64,000 nucleotides of DNA from positions 64,001-128,000 of the forward strand of contig CAWJBB010000050.1 in assembly GCA_963840855.1 (NCBI GenBank), given 5' to 3'. Of the stretch, positions 40,757-49,747 are shown piece by piece. Position 1 is the first letter of the stretch. Each line of letters begins with the position of its first letter. Position numbers and translations under genes: made by a program. This DNA is from an uncultured delta proteobacterium (GTDB lineage: Bacteria > Desulfobacterota > Binatia > UBA9968). Below the pieces are notes generated by a model that saw only the letters and a program-made list of their open reading frames with translations, was not told the DNA's origin and made no database searches.

Positions 40757-41743
40757 TTACTTGATCACCTGATCCGCCCGCGCCAACACGTTCGGCGGGA
40801 TAGTCAGGCCGATCTGCTTCGCCGCTTTCAGACTGATAATGAACTCGAACTTCTTCGGCTGTTCGACGGGAAGATCGGCGGGCTTGGTCCCTTTTAGGAT
40901 TTTGTCAACGTAAGTGGCGGCGCGCCGCCACATATCAGCAAGGCTTGCTCCATAGAACATGAGGCCGCCGACATCCACAAATTCCCTATGTGCGTACATC
41001 GCCGGCAACCGGCTCTTGGCCGAAAGGGCCACAATTCGTCCTGCCTGACTAACGAACATCGGGTCTGGCAGCACCATAAGCGCCCTGGCTCCCTCGCGGG
41101 TTGTGGCCTCGAAAGCCTTGTCAAACTCGGTTGGATCGCGGACCTCTTGGACCCGAATCTGGACTCCCAATGCTCGGGCCGCAACCTCCATGCCTTTTAG
41201 CGACAGCTCACTGTCTGGATTCCTTGGATTCGAGAGCACAGCCACCCGGGAGACCTTCGGGACGGCTTCCTTGAGCACCTCCAACCGTTTCCCGCTTAAC
41301 TCTTGCCCGAGAGCGGTCAGTCCCGTGATGTTTCCCCCAGGGCGCGCAAGGCTAGCAACGAGCCCGCCCGCGACAGGATCGCCGGTCGTCACCATGACAA
41401 TGGGAATCGCACCAGTGGTGTTTTTCACAGCTATAATCCCTGGTGTAGACCCTACTACGATCACGTCCGCCTTAAGGCGGACAAGCTCAGCAGCGAAACC
41501 TGCGAGACGTTCGATATTACCTTCAGCATACCTAGGCTCAAGCTTGATGTTCTGTTCCTCCACGTACCCGTGTTCGCGTAACCCTTGTCGAAGCGCGTCG
41601 ACCAGTTGAGGAGCACCAGACGCGCTGGCGGGAACAAAGGCGCCTATCCGGTGAACTTTCTTCGGCTGCTGCGCTTCGGCTGTAACTCCAAGAGCAAGCA
41701 ACACCACGGCAACAAGGATTGATGGCACCGCAGCCTTTGTCAT
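40757..41743 (-). CDS. ABC-type substrate-binding protein
   Basis: Family motifs. Confidence 0.93.
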   Translation of the reverse strand: MTKAAVPSILVAVVLLALGVTAEAQQPKKVHRIGAFVPASASGAPQLVDALRQGLREHGYVEEQNIKLEPRYAEGNIERLAGFAAELVRLKADVIVVGSTPGIIAVKNTTGAIPIVMVTTGDPVAGGLVASLARPGGNITGLTALGQELSGKRLEVLKEAVPKVSRVAVLSNPRNPDSELSLKGMEVAARALGVQIRVQEVRDPTEFDKAFEATTREGARALMVLPDPMFVSQAGRIVALSAKSRLPAMYAHREFVDVGGLMFYGASLADMWRRAATYVDKILKGTKPADLPVEQPKKFEFIISLKAAKQIGLTIPPNVLARADQVIK

Positions 41744-41854
41744 TGCGCACCTCGTTTCGAGCGTTATGTATCACGCGGATAGAGATAAAGGAAAGTGTGA
41801 TTTACGACGGAAGTCGACGACGTTTTGTCGAGGCAAAAGACCAAATTTGGATTG

Positions 41855-41927
41855 ACACTGAACTGTACCAATAGCGTGAGGTGAATTTAGCAGGTTTGAG
41901 CCGATAGAGAATTCAATTCAATCCTAG
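41855..41927. repeat. Palindrome A, degenerate copy
   Basis: ctgaactg...gagaattcaattcaatcctag, with the same spacing as the other copies. Confidence 0.7.
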
Positions 41928-41950
41928 CATTGCCGCTTCGTTTTCTTCGA

Positions 41951-42928
41951 TTACTTGATCACTCTGTCCGCTCTCGCCAACACGTTGGGCGGGATCGTGA
42001 GACCGATCTGCTTCGCGGCTTTCAGATTGACGATGAATTCAAACTTCTTCGGCTGCTCGACGGGCAGATCCGCGGGCTTCACGCCTTTCAGAATCTTGTC
42101 GACGTAAAAAGCGGCGCGGCGATACAGATCGGAAATGCTCGTCGCATAGGTCATGAGCCCCCCGGCGTCAACAAATTCCTGCTCAGGATACATCCCCGGC
42201 AACCGGTATTTGACTGCCAACTTGACCAATCCTTTTTGATGAGTAACGAAAAACCCACCTCTGTCAGGGATGAAAGCATCTGCACGGGTCCGAACGATCG
42301 ATCGGAACCCGTTTTCCATATCTTCAGAACTTTCTACCGCAACAGAGTTGATGTGTACTTTGAGCAACCGCGCCGCGGCCTCGGTTTCTTTAAGATCACT
42401 GGACGGGCGGCGCACGTCCAAGAAAAAGGCTACGCGAGAAAGCTTTGGAATAGCTTCCTTGAGCAACTCAAGTCGCTTGCCTGCTAGATCGGAAACAAAA
42501 TTGCTCAGTCCCGTGATGTTTCCGCCGGGCCGTGCCAGGCTGGCGATGAATCCCTCGTTAACAGGGTCTGCCGTGTTGGCCATGATGATCGGAATGGCGC
42601 CGGTGGCTTGCTTGGCGGCACGAGTCGGAGACCCGCCCGCGGTGACGATGCAGTCGACCTTGAGACGCACGAGGTCGGCCGCCAGCTCCGGAAGGCGATC
42701 GATGTTTCCTTCCGCCGAGCGGTACTCAATAGCGACGTTTGTTCCTTCTACGTAGCCAAACTCTCGCAGCCCTTGGCGGAAGGAATCGAGCCGGGATGCC
42801 AACGAGGAAAGTGAGGCGGTCGAAATAAAACCTATCCGCGGAACTTTCCCTTGCTGCTGCGCCTGAGTGGGAACGCTGAGCGCCAAGAGCAAAGCGCTAA
42901 GAGCCAAAGCAAAAATGTGTTTCATCAT
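41951..42928 (-). CDS. ABC-type substrate-binding protein
   Basis: Family motifs. Confidence 0.93.
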   Translation of the reverse strand: MMKHIFALALSALLLALSVPTQAQQQGKVPRIGFISTASLSSLASRLDSFRQGLREFGYVEGTNVAIEYRSAEGNIDRLPELAADLVRLKVDCIVTAGGSPTRAAKQATGAIPIIMANTADPVNEGFIASLARPGGNITGLSNFVSDLAGKRLELLKEAIPKLSRVAFFLDVRRPSSDLKETEAAARLLKVHINSVAVESSEDMENGFRSIVRTRADAFIPDRGGFFVTHQKGLVKLAVKYRLPGMYPEQEFVDAGGLMTYATSISDLYRRAAFYVDKILKGVKPADLPVEQPKKFEFIVNLKAAKQIGLTIPPNVLARADRVIK

Positions 42929-42964
42929 TCTTTCCTCTCACGCCTTACGCCTCACGGCTCACGC

Positions 42965-43945
42965 CTATCGAATCACTTTGTCCGCCCGCGCCAGCACGTT
43001 CGGCGGAATCGTCAGGCCGATCTGCTTGGCGGTTTTTAGATTGATGACGAACTCGAACTTCATCGGCTGCTCGACGGGGAGATCGGCGGGGTTGGCGCCT
43101 TTGAGGATTTTGTCCACATACGTAGCGGCGCGGCGGGCCAAGTCGTTGAGGTTCACGCCGTAGGTCATAAGCCCCCCGGCTTCCACAATTTCTCGATTGC
43201 GGTATATCACTGGGAGCCGGCTCTTTGCCCCGAGTTCTAGAATCTCGGCTCGGCGAGGATCGAGGTTGGGGCCCGATACCTGGACAATGACTGCCTCAGC
43301 CCGCCCCTTGGCTGCGGCTTGGAAGGCACTCTCAAAATCCTTGGGACTTTGGATGTCAAGGTATTGAACCTTCACTCCGAGCGCCCCTGCCGCGAGGTCA
43401 ATCTCTTTTTGAATTTGCGCGTAGTCCGGGGTGGCGAAGACGGCCACGCGCGAGAGCTTGGGAACGATCTCCTTCAGAAGCTCCAGTTGTTTGCCGCTCA
43501 ACTCCGGGCGAAGGGTTGCCAATCCCGTAATGTTTCCACCAGGCCGCGCTAGACTCGCCACGAAGCCGCTCCCAACAGGATCGCCACCTTGAACCATGAC
43601 AATGGGGATTGTGGCAGTCGCCTCCTTGGCCGCGCGTATATCTCCCGAACCGCCCGCAACGATGACGTCTATTTTGAGACGCACCAGGTCGGCCGCGAGC
43701 GCGCGCTGGCGATCGCGGTTTCCCTCACCAGATCGCCACTCAATGATAATGTTTTCCCCCTCAACGTACCCAACCTCGCGCAGCGCCCGCCGGAATGCCT
43801 CGCGTGAGGCCGACGCAGCGGACACAGGCGTATTAGTTAGGTATCCTATCCGCGGGACTTTCTTCGGCTGCTGTGCCTCGGCCAGGACCGCAACAGCAAG
43901 CATTACGACTGCAACCAGGATTGATGCCCATCCAGCTTTTTTCAT
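42965..43945 (-). CDS. ABC-type substrate-binding protein
   Basis: Family motifs; start placed at MKKAGW. Confidence 0.93.
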   Translation of the reverse strand: MKKAGWASILVAVVMLAVAVLAEAQQPKKVPRIGYLTNTPVSAASASREAFRRALREVGYVEGENIIIEWRSGEGNRDRQRALAADLVRLKIDVIVAGGSGDIRAAKEATATIPIVMVQGGDPVGSGFVASLARPGGNITGLATLRPELSGKQLELLKEIVPKLSRVAVFATPDYAQIQKEIDLAAGALGVKVQYLDIQSPKDFESAFQAAAKGRAEAVIVQVSGPNLDPRRAEILELGAKSRLPVIYRNREIVEAGGLMTYGVNLNDLARRAATYVDKILKGANPADLPVEQPMKFEFVINLKTAKQIGLTIPPNVLARADKVIR

Positions 43946-44052
43946 TGCGCACCTCGTGCTGGAGACTATCACGCGCACCATAATTCCGAAAACAATTATT
44001 TAAGGCAGAAAAGGCAACGACTCGTCGAGAGGAAAAATACGAAATCCGACGT

Positions 44053-44122
44053 AGGATTGAACTGAACGACGCATCGGACAAATCTCACAGCATTGCGTCG
44101 TCGGAGAATTCAGTTCAATCCT
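44053..44122. repeat. Palindrome A, full copy
   Basis: aggattgaactgaa/ttcagttcaatcct. Confidence 0.9.
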
Positions 44123-44147
44123 GGCTTCGCATTTTGCTTTTCTTCCA

Positions 44148-44768
44148 TCACTTGATCAACTTGGTCGCCCGCGCGAGTACCTCCGGCGGAATCGTGACGC
44201 CGATCTGCTTCGCGGTTTTGAGATTGATCACCAGCTCAAACTTCGTCGGCTGCTCCACCGGAAGTTCAGCGGGCTTGGCGCCTTTAAGAATCCTGTCCAC
44301 GAAATATGCGACGCGCCGGTAGCTGTCCGCTTCGTCCGCCCCGTAGTACATGAGCCCGCCGGCGTTTACAGCTTCTCTGTTGCCGAACACCGACGGTAGC
44401 CGGCTCTTAAACGCAAATTCCAGGATCCGTTTTCGGTTAGGACGCATTACCCTGCCCGCGGTCACCGGGTAGAGTCCATCCGGGCGCTCCTTGTTTAGCG
44501 CAGCAAAGACCTTATCGAAGTCGTCCACCGCTCGTATCTGCCAAGGTTGAATAGTCACCTTTAGCGCACGCGCGTCGGCTGGGAGAAGCTCTTTCACCTC
44601 GTGTAAACTTTGCGGATTGGCCGGATCGTAGAGAACCGCGACACTGGCAAGTTTGGGTACCGCTTCTTTGAGCAGCTCCAGCCGCTTCCCGCCTAGTTCT
44701 CCGGTAAGGTTGGTAACGCCCGTGACGTTGCCGCCGGGACGGGCAAGGGTTTCAACCAAGCCTGCCTC
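44148..44768 (-). pseudogene. SBP truncated at its 5' end by an IS21-like element
   Basis: Homology stops at ..EAGLVETLARPGG, where the IS end begins. Confidence 0.88.
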
Positions 44769-45016
44769 TGACCGATTTCACGGAACGTACCCACCCAATT
44801 TCAACGAAGGGACCCACCTGATTTCAAGGAAGGGACCCACCCAATTTCAGGTGGTCCCCTTCGTTTCTGAGCGAGCCGACGAACGATGCTACCTTGGCCA
44901 ACTGGAGGAGGATCCAGTTAATGGCCAAAGAAAGGACCAGCGTTCGTATGCGAGCTCAAATCAAAACCCTGTCCGAACAGGGGCACTCCGTTCGCCGTAT
45001 TGCCCGGATACTTTTA
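44769..45016 (+). mobile_element. IS21-family left end plus istA N-terminal fragment
   Basis: Starts TG; three tandem atttca..gaagggacccacc-like repeats; RBS ggaggag; MAKERTSVRMRAQIKTLSEQGHSVRRIARIL (HTH start) from 44921. Confidence 0.75.
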
Positions 45017-45062
45017 TCGGGCTCCTCGGGTATAGCGATGCGCGCGTTTAGGAGGGCTCAAG

Positions 45063-45180
45063 TTGGTACACCTAGAAGGGGGCACACCTTGGTACACCTA
45101 GGGGGGCTCACGTGGGGGTACCCGTCACAATACATAAGAAAGTACATTCTTAAGTACATTACTAGAGAATTATTCTCTTA
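45063..45180. repeat. Iteron-like direct repeats followed by an AT-rich tract (possible replication origin remnant)
   Basis: ttggtacacctag at 45063 and 45089, then AT-rich sequence. Confidence 0.45.
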
Positions 45181-45212
45181 TGTATTCTTTCTTGTGGGTA
45201 GATAGGTCGGTG

Positions 45213-45641
45213 ATGGGTAGCAAGTCTAAAGTTGATGTTACGAAGTATTCTTGGCCGGCATCACTACCAGAGAAGCCAAACCTTCGATTGGTAGGAACGA
45301 GGCGCCGGATAAAGTTGAAGGGGGAGTTTTTTGGGCCTGTCCCAGCCTGGTGGTTGATCCAGGCTTTACGGGCAGGGATACGAAAAAGCTATGGTGCGGT
45401 TTTTATTGGGCTGCTGTTATGGCGGCAGTATTGGCTTGAACGCCAGAAGCAGCCGTTAAAATTGACCGGAGCGGTATTGAAGAAATTTGGACTCGAGAAA
45501 CGTTTTGCGCGGCACGCCCTAGACGCCCTGGAGAAAGCCGGCCTGATTTATGTGCAAAAGTTTAATTACCGGTCTCCACTGATAACGATCGTGACACAAG
45601 AAAAGGACTATCTTTCATGGACGAAGCGATTAGATACATGA
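45213..45641 (+). CDS. Putative winged-HTH protein, phage/satellite-like
   Basis: FFGPVPAWW...LKKFGLEKRFARHALDALEKAGLIYV. Confidence 0.65.
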   Translation: MGSKSKVDVTKYSWPASLPEKPNLRLVGTRRRIKLKGEFFGPVPAWWLIQALRAGIRKSYGAVFIGLLLWRQYWLERQKQPLKLTGAVLKKFGLEKRFARHALDALEKAGLIYVQKFNYRSPLITIVTQEKDYLSWTKRLDT

Positions 45642-45833
45642 ACGAGGCTTGGCGAAAAGTAATCGCACATGAGGCGCGGGAGCTCGTGGAGCGAAAGTGT
45701 CAGAGATCCCACAACCAGGACAAAAAAAGGTCGGACTCGATGACCACTTTGTTGCAGGCGGGCGCATTGAGGACTTGGAAACGTTCACGCTTGGCGGGCA
45801 GACCTTCCGGTCGACGTCGTTCTGGTATGGGCA

Positions 45834-46064
45834 ATGGAAGTTAAAGGCGTAGTTAGCAGCATGACACGGTTTGCTTGTGCGTGGAAAGGGTGCAGCGAAA
45901 AGTGGGCGGGAAGTTTCGAGACGATGCCTATGGAATGGGGATGGCCGTCCCGTGCCAGCATCGACTTCATGAAACAGCGCGGACTCATCGATCAAGAAAT
46001 AGATTCTCCGTATCTCTGCCCAGCACATACGCACGAACTTTTGAGTATGAAAACTCAAGCCTAA
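45834..46064 (+). CDS. Small Zn-binding hypothetical protein
   Basis: CAWKGC...LCPAH. Confidence 0.5.
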   Translation: MEVKGVVSSMTRFACAWKGCSEKWAGSFETMPMEWGWPSRASIDFMKQRGLIDQEIDSPYLCPAHTHELLSMKTQA

Positions 46065-46088
46065 CCAACGGAAAACCAACGAAAACCG

Positions 46089-46397
46089 ATGAGATTTGAA
46101 AAGGGCAACAAGGCAGGCCGCGGCGGCAAACGCAATCCGCCCGGTGGTCGGCCGACGAAAGCAGCTCTCGAAGCGCAGGAAGCTAGACTCGCCGTCTGGC
46201 AAAAGGAATTGGAGAAAAACGAATTGATACTTGCGCGACGCTACATCAAGCGAGCCATGAAATCAGACCGGGTTTTGATCGACGCACGAAAGGCGACTGT
46301 GCCGGATGCCAAGCACACCGTAGTGCTCGAGGACGGCGGGCTGCTCGAAAAGGCAATCAGGATAGCCGAGGAGCGAAGGCGTGGCCGTAACGGCTGA
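46089..46397 (+). CDS. DUF5681-like / small-terminase-like protein
   Basis: MRFEKGNK...NPPGGRP N-terminus. Confidence 0.6.
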   Translation: MRFEKGNKAGRGGKRNPPGGRPTKAALEAQEARLAVWQKELEKNELILARRYIKRAMKSDRVLIDARKATVPDAKHTVVLEDGGLLEKAIRIAEERRRGRNG

Positions 46398-46432
46398 AAC
46401 CATCGTATCGAGTAAACCGACATAAAACCGAC

Positions 46433-46732
46433 ATGCCTTTTAAGAAAGGAAACAAGTTAGGACGGCACGGCAGGCAGAATCCTCCTGGTGGCAGGCCGAC
46501 CAAGGAACAAGCCGAGATCAATAAAGCCTTGATTGAAAAGTACTGGGTCGAGGTTGAGAAACGGATTAACTCGTTATTGACCAACTATTTCAAAGAAAAG
46601 GGAGCAGCTCGAGACGTTATAAACAGGCTCATTCCGTATGCGAAGCAGGGAATCGGGCATAGTGGGGAAGTTGGTGTTTGGCGCATAGATGCTTACGATC
46701 CTAAACACCCTGAACGAAACCGAAAAACCTGA
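46433..46732 (+). CDS. DUF5681-like / small-terminase-like protein (tandem paralog)
   Basis: MPFKKGNK...NPPGGRP N-terminus; GHSGEV near the C-terminus. Confidence 0.6.
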   Translation: MPFKKGNKLGRHGRQNPPGGRPTKEQAEINKALIEKYWVEVEKRINSLLTNYFKEKGAARDVINRLIPYAKQGIGHSGEVGVWRIDAYDPKHPERNRKT

Positions 46733-46773
46733 TTGTGTTTATTGGTCTGGGCCAGTCAGTGAACCGGGAAACG

Positions 46774-47121
46774 ATGAAACGAGAAGTAACCTTCAAAGAC
46801 TTCGCAACCGTGGCCAAGAAGCGCGGCCATACAGCCGAATCACTGGCGGATAGATTCAGGGGCAAGATCGAAAACCCCTCAGACTTTTTCGAGCGGATAA
46901 TGAGCTGCAGGTACAAGGGCGAGGATCGCTCATGGGTCGTGCTTCCCTACCGATCCGTCATTGAGTTCTACAACGAGGAGCTTCACTACTTCCGGGACTC
47001 AAACCAGAAGCACAGACAATGTGCTTGCGGCTGTGGGGCGCCAGTCTTTGACCGTAAAAAGTGGGCATCGCCAGCGTGTAAAAAGCGGATTCAGAGAAAT
47101 GGCGAACGTCGAGCTGCCTAG
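46774..47121 (+). CDS. Hypothetical protein with a CACGCG motif
   Basis: RQCACGCGAPV...WASPACK. Confidence 0.55.
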   Translation: MKREVTFKDFATVAKKRGHTAESLADRFRGKIENPSDFFERIMSCRYKGEDRSWVVLPYRSVIEFYNEELHYFRDSNQKHRQCACGCGAPVFDRKKWASPACKKRIQRNGERRAA

Positions 47122-47449
47122 AAGGCCACGGACATGCAAAAGGGGGTCGCGGAAGTGCTTGATTTCATTGAAGCCAAACCGGGACAAAATAGCGGGGTGG
47201 CTACTGAGGTATTCACCTACTCCCAAACCGGGACAAACGGGCCGTCAAAAAAGCGATGCCCGCTCCCATTTCGCGACGATTTTTCACCCAGCGACGAGAT
47301 TCTGGTATTTTACGCCAGCGAGCTGCTGTTCCTCCGCCAGATGACACCGGATGAACTGAGGCGCCGGTATGCCGAGAAGCGGGCTTTAGGCGGTGGCTGG
47401 ATACGAGATCGGATCGACGAGCCGAGGAAAGATTAAAGCGTCGAAAGGC

Positions 47450-47728
47450 ATGAGCGATTCAAACCCCACCCTCGAAACCGTCCTCGAATCGCTTCTCCGG
47501 CGCATTGTGCGGGAGGAAATTGCGGCCGTGGCCCGAGAGGCGACCCATCAGGACAGGTTACTTGATGCCGAGGAAGCTGCGAAGACCCTTTCCGTCTCGG
47601 TAGAGTGGCTTTACCGAAACGCCAAAAGACTACCGTTCACTCGGAAGCTCGGACATAAGATGCTGAGATTCTCCAGCGTCGGGATTCAAAAATATCTTGC
47701 TATCAGAGCACCTGGTTGCAATTCATGA
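47450..47728 (+). CDS. Excisionase-like HTH protein
   Basis: LLRRIVREEI...RLLDAEEAAKTLSVSVEWLY...LPFTRKLG. Confidence 0.8.
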   Translation: MSDSNPTLETVLESLLRRIVREEIAAVAREATHQDRLLDAEEAAKTLSVSVEWLYRNAKRLPFTRKLGHKMLRFSSVGIQKYLAIRAPGCNS

Positions 47729-47736
47729 TGGTTTGT

Positions 47737-47751
47737 TGTACATGATGTACA
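47737..47751. promoter_or_regulatory. Palindromic operator-like site before the XRE-integrase pair
   Basis: tgtacat-g-atgtaca, 2 bp upstream of the XRE ATG. Confidence 0.5.
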
Positions 47752-47753
47752 CC

Positions 47754-47948
47754 ATGACAGGTAAAGATATTCGACGCATCAGAAGAGCGATGGGTCTGAC
47801 GCAGAGCCAGTTAGCCAAACGGCTCGGGATAACATCGACTTCAGTGGCGCGCATGGAAAGGGGTGAGCAAAAAATAATGCAGGTGACCACACTGGCCGTC
47901 AAGTACCTCGATGTCGTGGAATCCAAAAAGAAAGGCAAGAAAAAATGA
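47754..47948 (+). CDS. XRE-family HTH regulator
   Basis: IRRIRRAMGLTQSQLAKRLGITSTSVARMERG; ATGA overlap with the integrase. Confidence 0.85.
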   Translation: MTGKDIRRIRRAMGLTQSQLAKRLGITSTSVARMERGEQKIMQVTTLAVKYLDVVESKKKGKKK

Positions 47949-49045
47949 GAGGCGAAGGGAGAAAATTTCAACGCGGCGCTGTCTGGTGGATCGCCTACTC
48001 GCGCAACGGTCACGAGTTCCGCGAGAGCGCTGATACCACGGACGAGCGCAAAGCGCAGCAATACTTGCAGAGACGACTGGAAGAGACCAAAAAACCGGAG
48101 TTTGTCGGGCCGAGTGAAAAGCGGCTTGATATGGACGACCTAGAGAGGAAAATCGAGGCGGACTATGTTCGCCACGGGCGGCGCTCCTTGGGAACCGTGA
48201 AGCAGTGCCTTAAGCCGGTCAAAGACTTTTTTCAGTTTGACCGTCTGGTGTATATTGCGCCATCAACAATCGAAGCATATCAGGATCACCGCTTGAAACA
48301 GGGCAAAGCACGGGCAACTGTCAACCGCGAAGTCCGTTACCTGCTCCATGGGTTTAAGCTCCTATTCGATGCCCATGAAATTTCATTTTTACCAAGGGTG
48401 AAACTGCTAGAAGGAGAAAACGTCCGCGAAGGCTTTGTGAATCGCCCAGAGTTTGACGCCGGCGCCGGGTTGATTAAGAATGAAGACGTGCGGGATATTG
48501 TCCAATTTCTCTATAACTCGGCGTGGCGTAGCGGTGAGGCAAAAAAGCTGGAATGGTCCAAGGTCGATACTCACGACTGGGTAATTCGCCTCAGCCGTAA
48601 AAACGAGAAGACTAAAAAGCCCCGAACGCTCGTGCTAGTCGGTGAACTGCGGGAAATTATCGAGCGGCGACTAGTGAAACGGACTCCAGAATGTCCCTAC
48701 GTTTTCCACCGGGGCGGTAAGCTAATCAAGTCATTCCGGCGAGCATTCAAGACGGCATTCAAAGACGCCGGGCTCGAAGGGACAGTACCACACGATCTGA
48801 GGCGGTCCGGGGTGCGCAATTTTACCAAGGCAGGCCTAAGCGAAAGCGAAGGGATGAGCATTAGCGGCCACCGAACCAACGCCGTATACAAACGCTACAA
48901 CATCATAGACGAAGATCTGCAACGTCAATCACTGGAACGGGTGGCGGAACAGCAGAAGCGAGAAATTGCGCAGCGAAAGGTCGTGCCGATCCGAAAAATA
49001 GGCTCTCGGACAAAACTCGGACAAAAAGCCAGTGTTAAGAGGTAA
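47945..49045 (+). CDS. Tyrosine recombinase / phage-type integrase
   Basis: AWRSGE (R), EKTKK (K), HDLRR, ISGH, KRYN (Y). Confidence 0.93.
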   Translation: MRGEGRKFQRGAVWWIAYSRNGHEFRESADTTDERKAQQYLQRRLEETKKPEFVGPSEKRLDMDDLERKIEADYVRHGRRSLGTVKQCLKPVKDFFQFDRLVYIAPSTIEAYQDHRLKQGKARATVNREVRYLLHGFKLLFDAHEISFLPRVKLLEGENVREGFVNRPEFDAGAGLIKNEDVRDIVQFLYNSAWRSGEAKKLEWSKVDTHDWVIRLSRKNEKTKKPRTLVLVGELREIIERRLVKRTPECPYVFHRGGKLIKSFRRAFKTAFKDAGLEGTVPHDLRRSGVRNFTKAGLSESEGMSISGHRTNAVYKRYNIIDEDLQRQSLERVAEQQKREIAQRKVVPIRKIGSRTKLGQKASVKR

Positions 49046-49128
49046 AGTGAACTTGACTTTTATCGGACAGGCTTTTGACTGGAAACCAATGAGTAGGGGT
49101 AAACCGCTGAATATGAAAGCAAAATATT

Positions 49129-49220
49129 TGGCGGAGAGGGAGGGATTTGAACCCCCGGTACGGTTCCCCGTACACTTGATTTCGAGTCAAGCGCCTTCAA
49201 CCGGGCTCGGCCACCTCTCC
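49129..49220 (-). tRNA. tRNA-Ser(CGA)
   Basis: GGAGAGG...CTTGA-CTCGAAA-TCAAG, long variable arm, GGTTCAAATCC, CCA end. Confidence 0.95.
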
Positions 49221-49705
49221 GCACTGGACGGTTTTTTTGTTTCCCGTAAAGCTTTGAAGAAACTCGCCAGCAGATCAGCGCTCTCGCGCGCCAGCACGCC
49301 ACCGGCTACGGGCAGCCGGTGATTCAAGCGCGCATCATCACATAGCGCGAAAAGCGATTCCACGGCGCCGGCTTTGGCGTCCAGACAGCCGAAAACCAAG
49401 CGCCGGATGCGGGCCTGCAGGATCGCCCCGACGCACATCACGCAAGGCTCGAGCGTGACGTAAAGATCACATTCGCTCAGGCGCCAGTTGCGCAGCCGGC
49501 TGGATGCCTCCTGGATCGCCAGGATTTCCGCGTGGGCCAGGGGGCTCTGCTGAGTCTCCCGCTGGTTATGACCTCGCCCGATGACTTCCCCTTCGCACAC
49601 CACCACAGCGCCGACCGGCACCTCGCCCTTCTCAGCCGCATTGCGCCCTTCGTCCAAAGCGAGCCGCATGTAGCTAACGTCAAAGTCTGTACGGGGATGA
49701 TTCAT
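49187..49705 (-). CDS. tadA: tRNA adenosine(34) deaminase
   Basis: EVPVGAV, HAE, LYVTLEPCVMC. Confidence 0.95.
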   Translation of the reverse strand: MNHPRTDFDVSYMRLALDEGRNAAEKGEVPVGAVVVCEGEVIGRGHNQRETQQSPLAHAEILAIQEASSRLRNWRLSECDLYVTLEPCVMCVGAILQARIRRLVFGCLDAKAGAVESLFALCDDARLNHRLPVAGGVLARESADLLASFFKALRETKKPSSAERWPSPVEGA

Positions 49706-49747
49706 CGGATCGCAGTGACGATAGCATAGAACGGAGCGGGAATAAAT

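Larger units (their letters stand above)
1..49140. mobile_element. Large genomic island integrated at the 3' end of tRNA-Ser(CGA); left boundary probably outside the window
   Basis: Tyrosine integrase ends ~85 bp from the tRNA 3' end. Excisionase/HTH and phage-like genes lie next to it. Dense pseudogenes, IS scraps and repeats to the left; core genes to the right. No second att copy noticed in the window. Confidence 0.75.

Noticed and set aside
2358-44122. Palindrome A as a CRISPR array
   Set aside because: Intervals are gene-sized and irregular, copies are degenerate, and there are no cas genes.
2400-44322. Recurrent + strand ORFs such as MLDGEFSSIL... and MEKSVQ...
   Set aside because: They are antisense shadows of the conserved SBP 3' ends and the palindrome.
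47945-49045. Integrase as an integron integrase (IntI)
   Set aside because: Its context (tRNA, excisionase, XRE) and sequence look phage-type; no IntI-specific motifs or attI were recognised.
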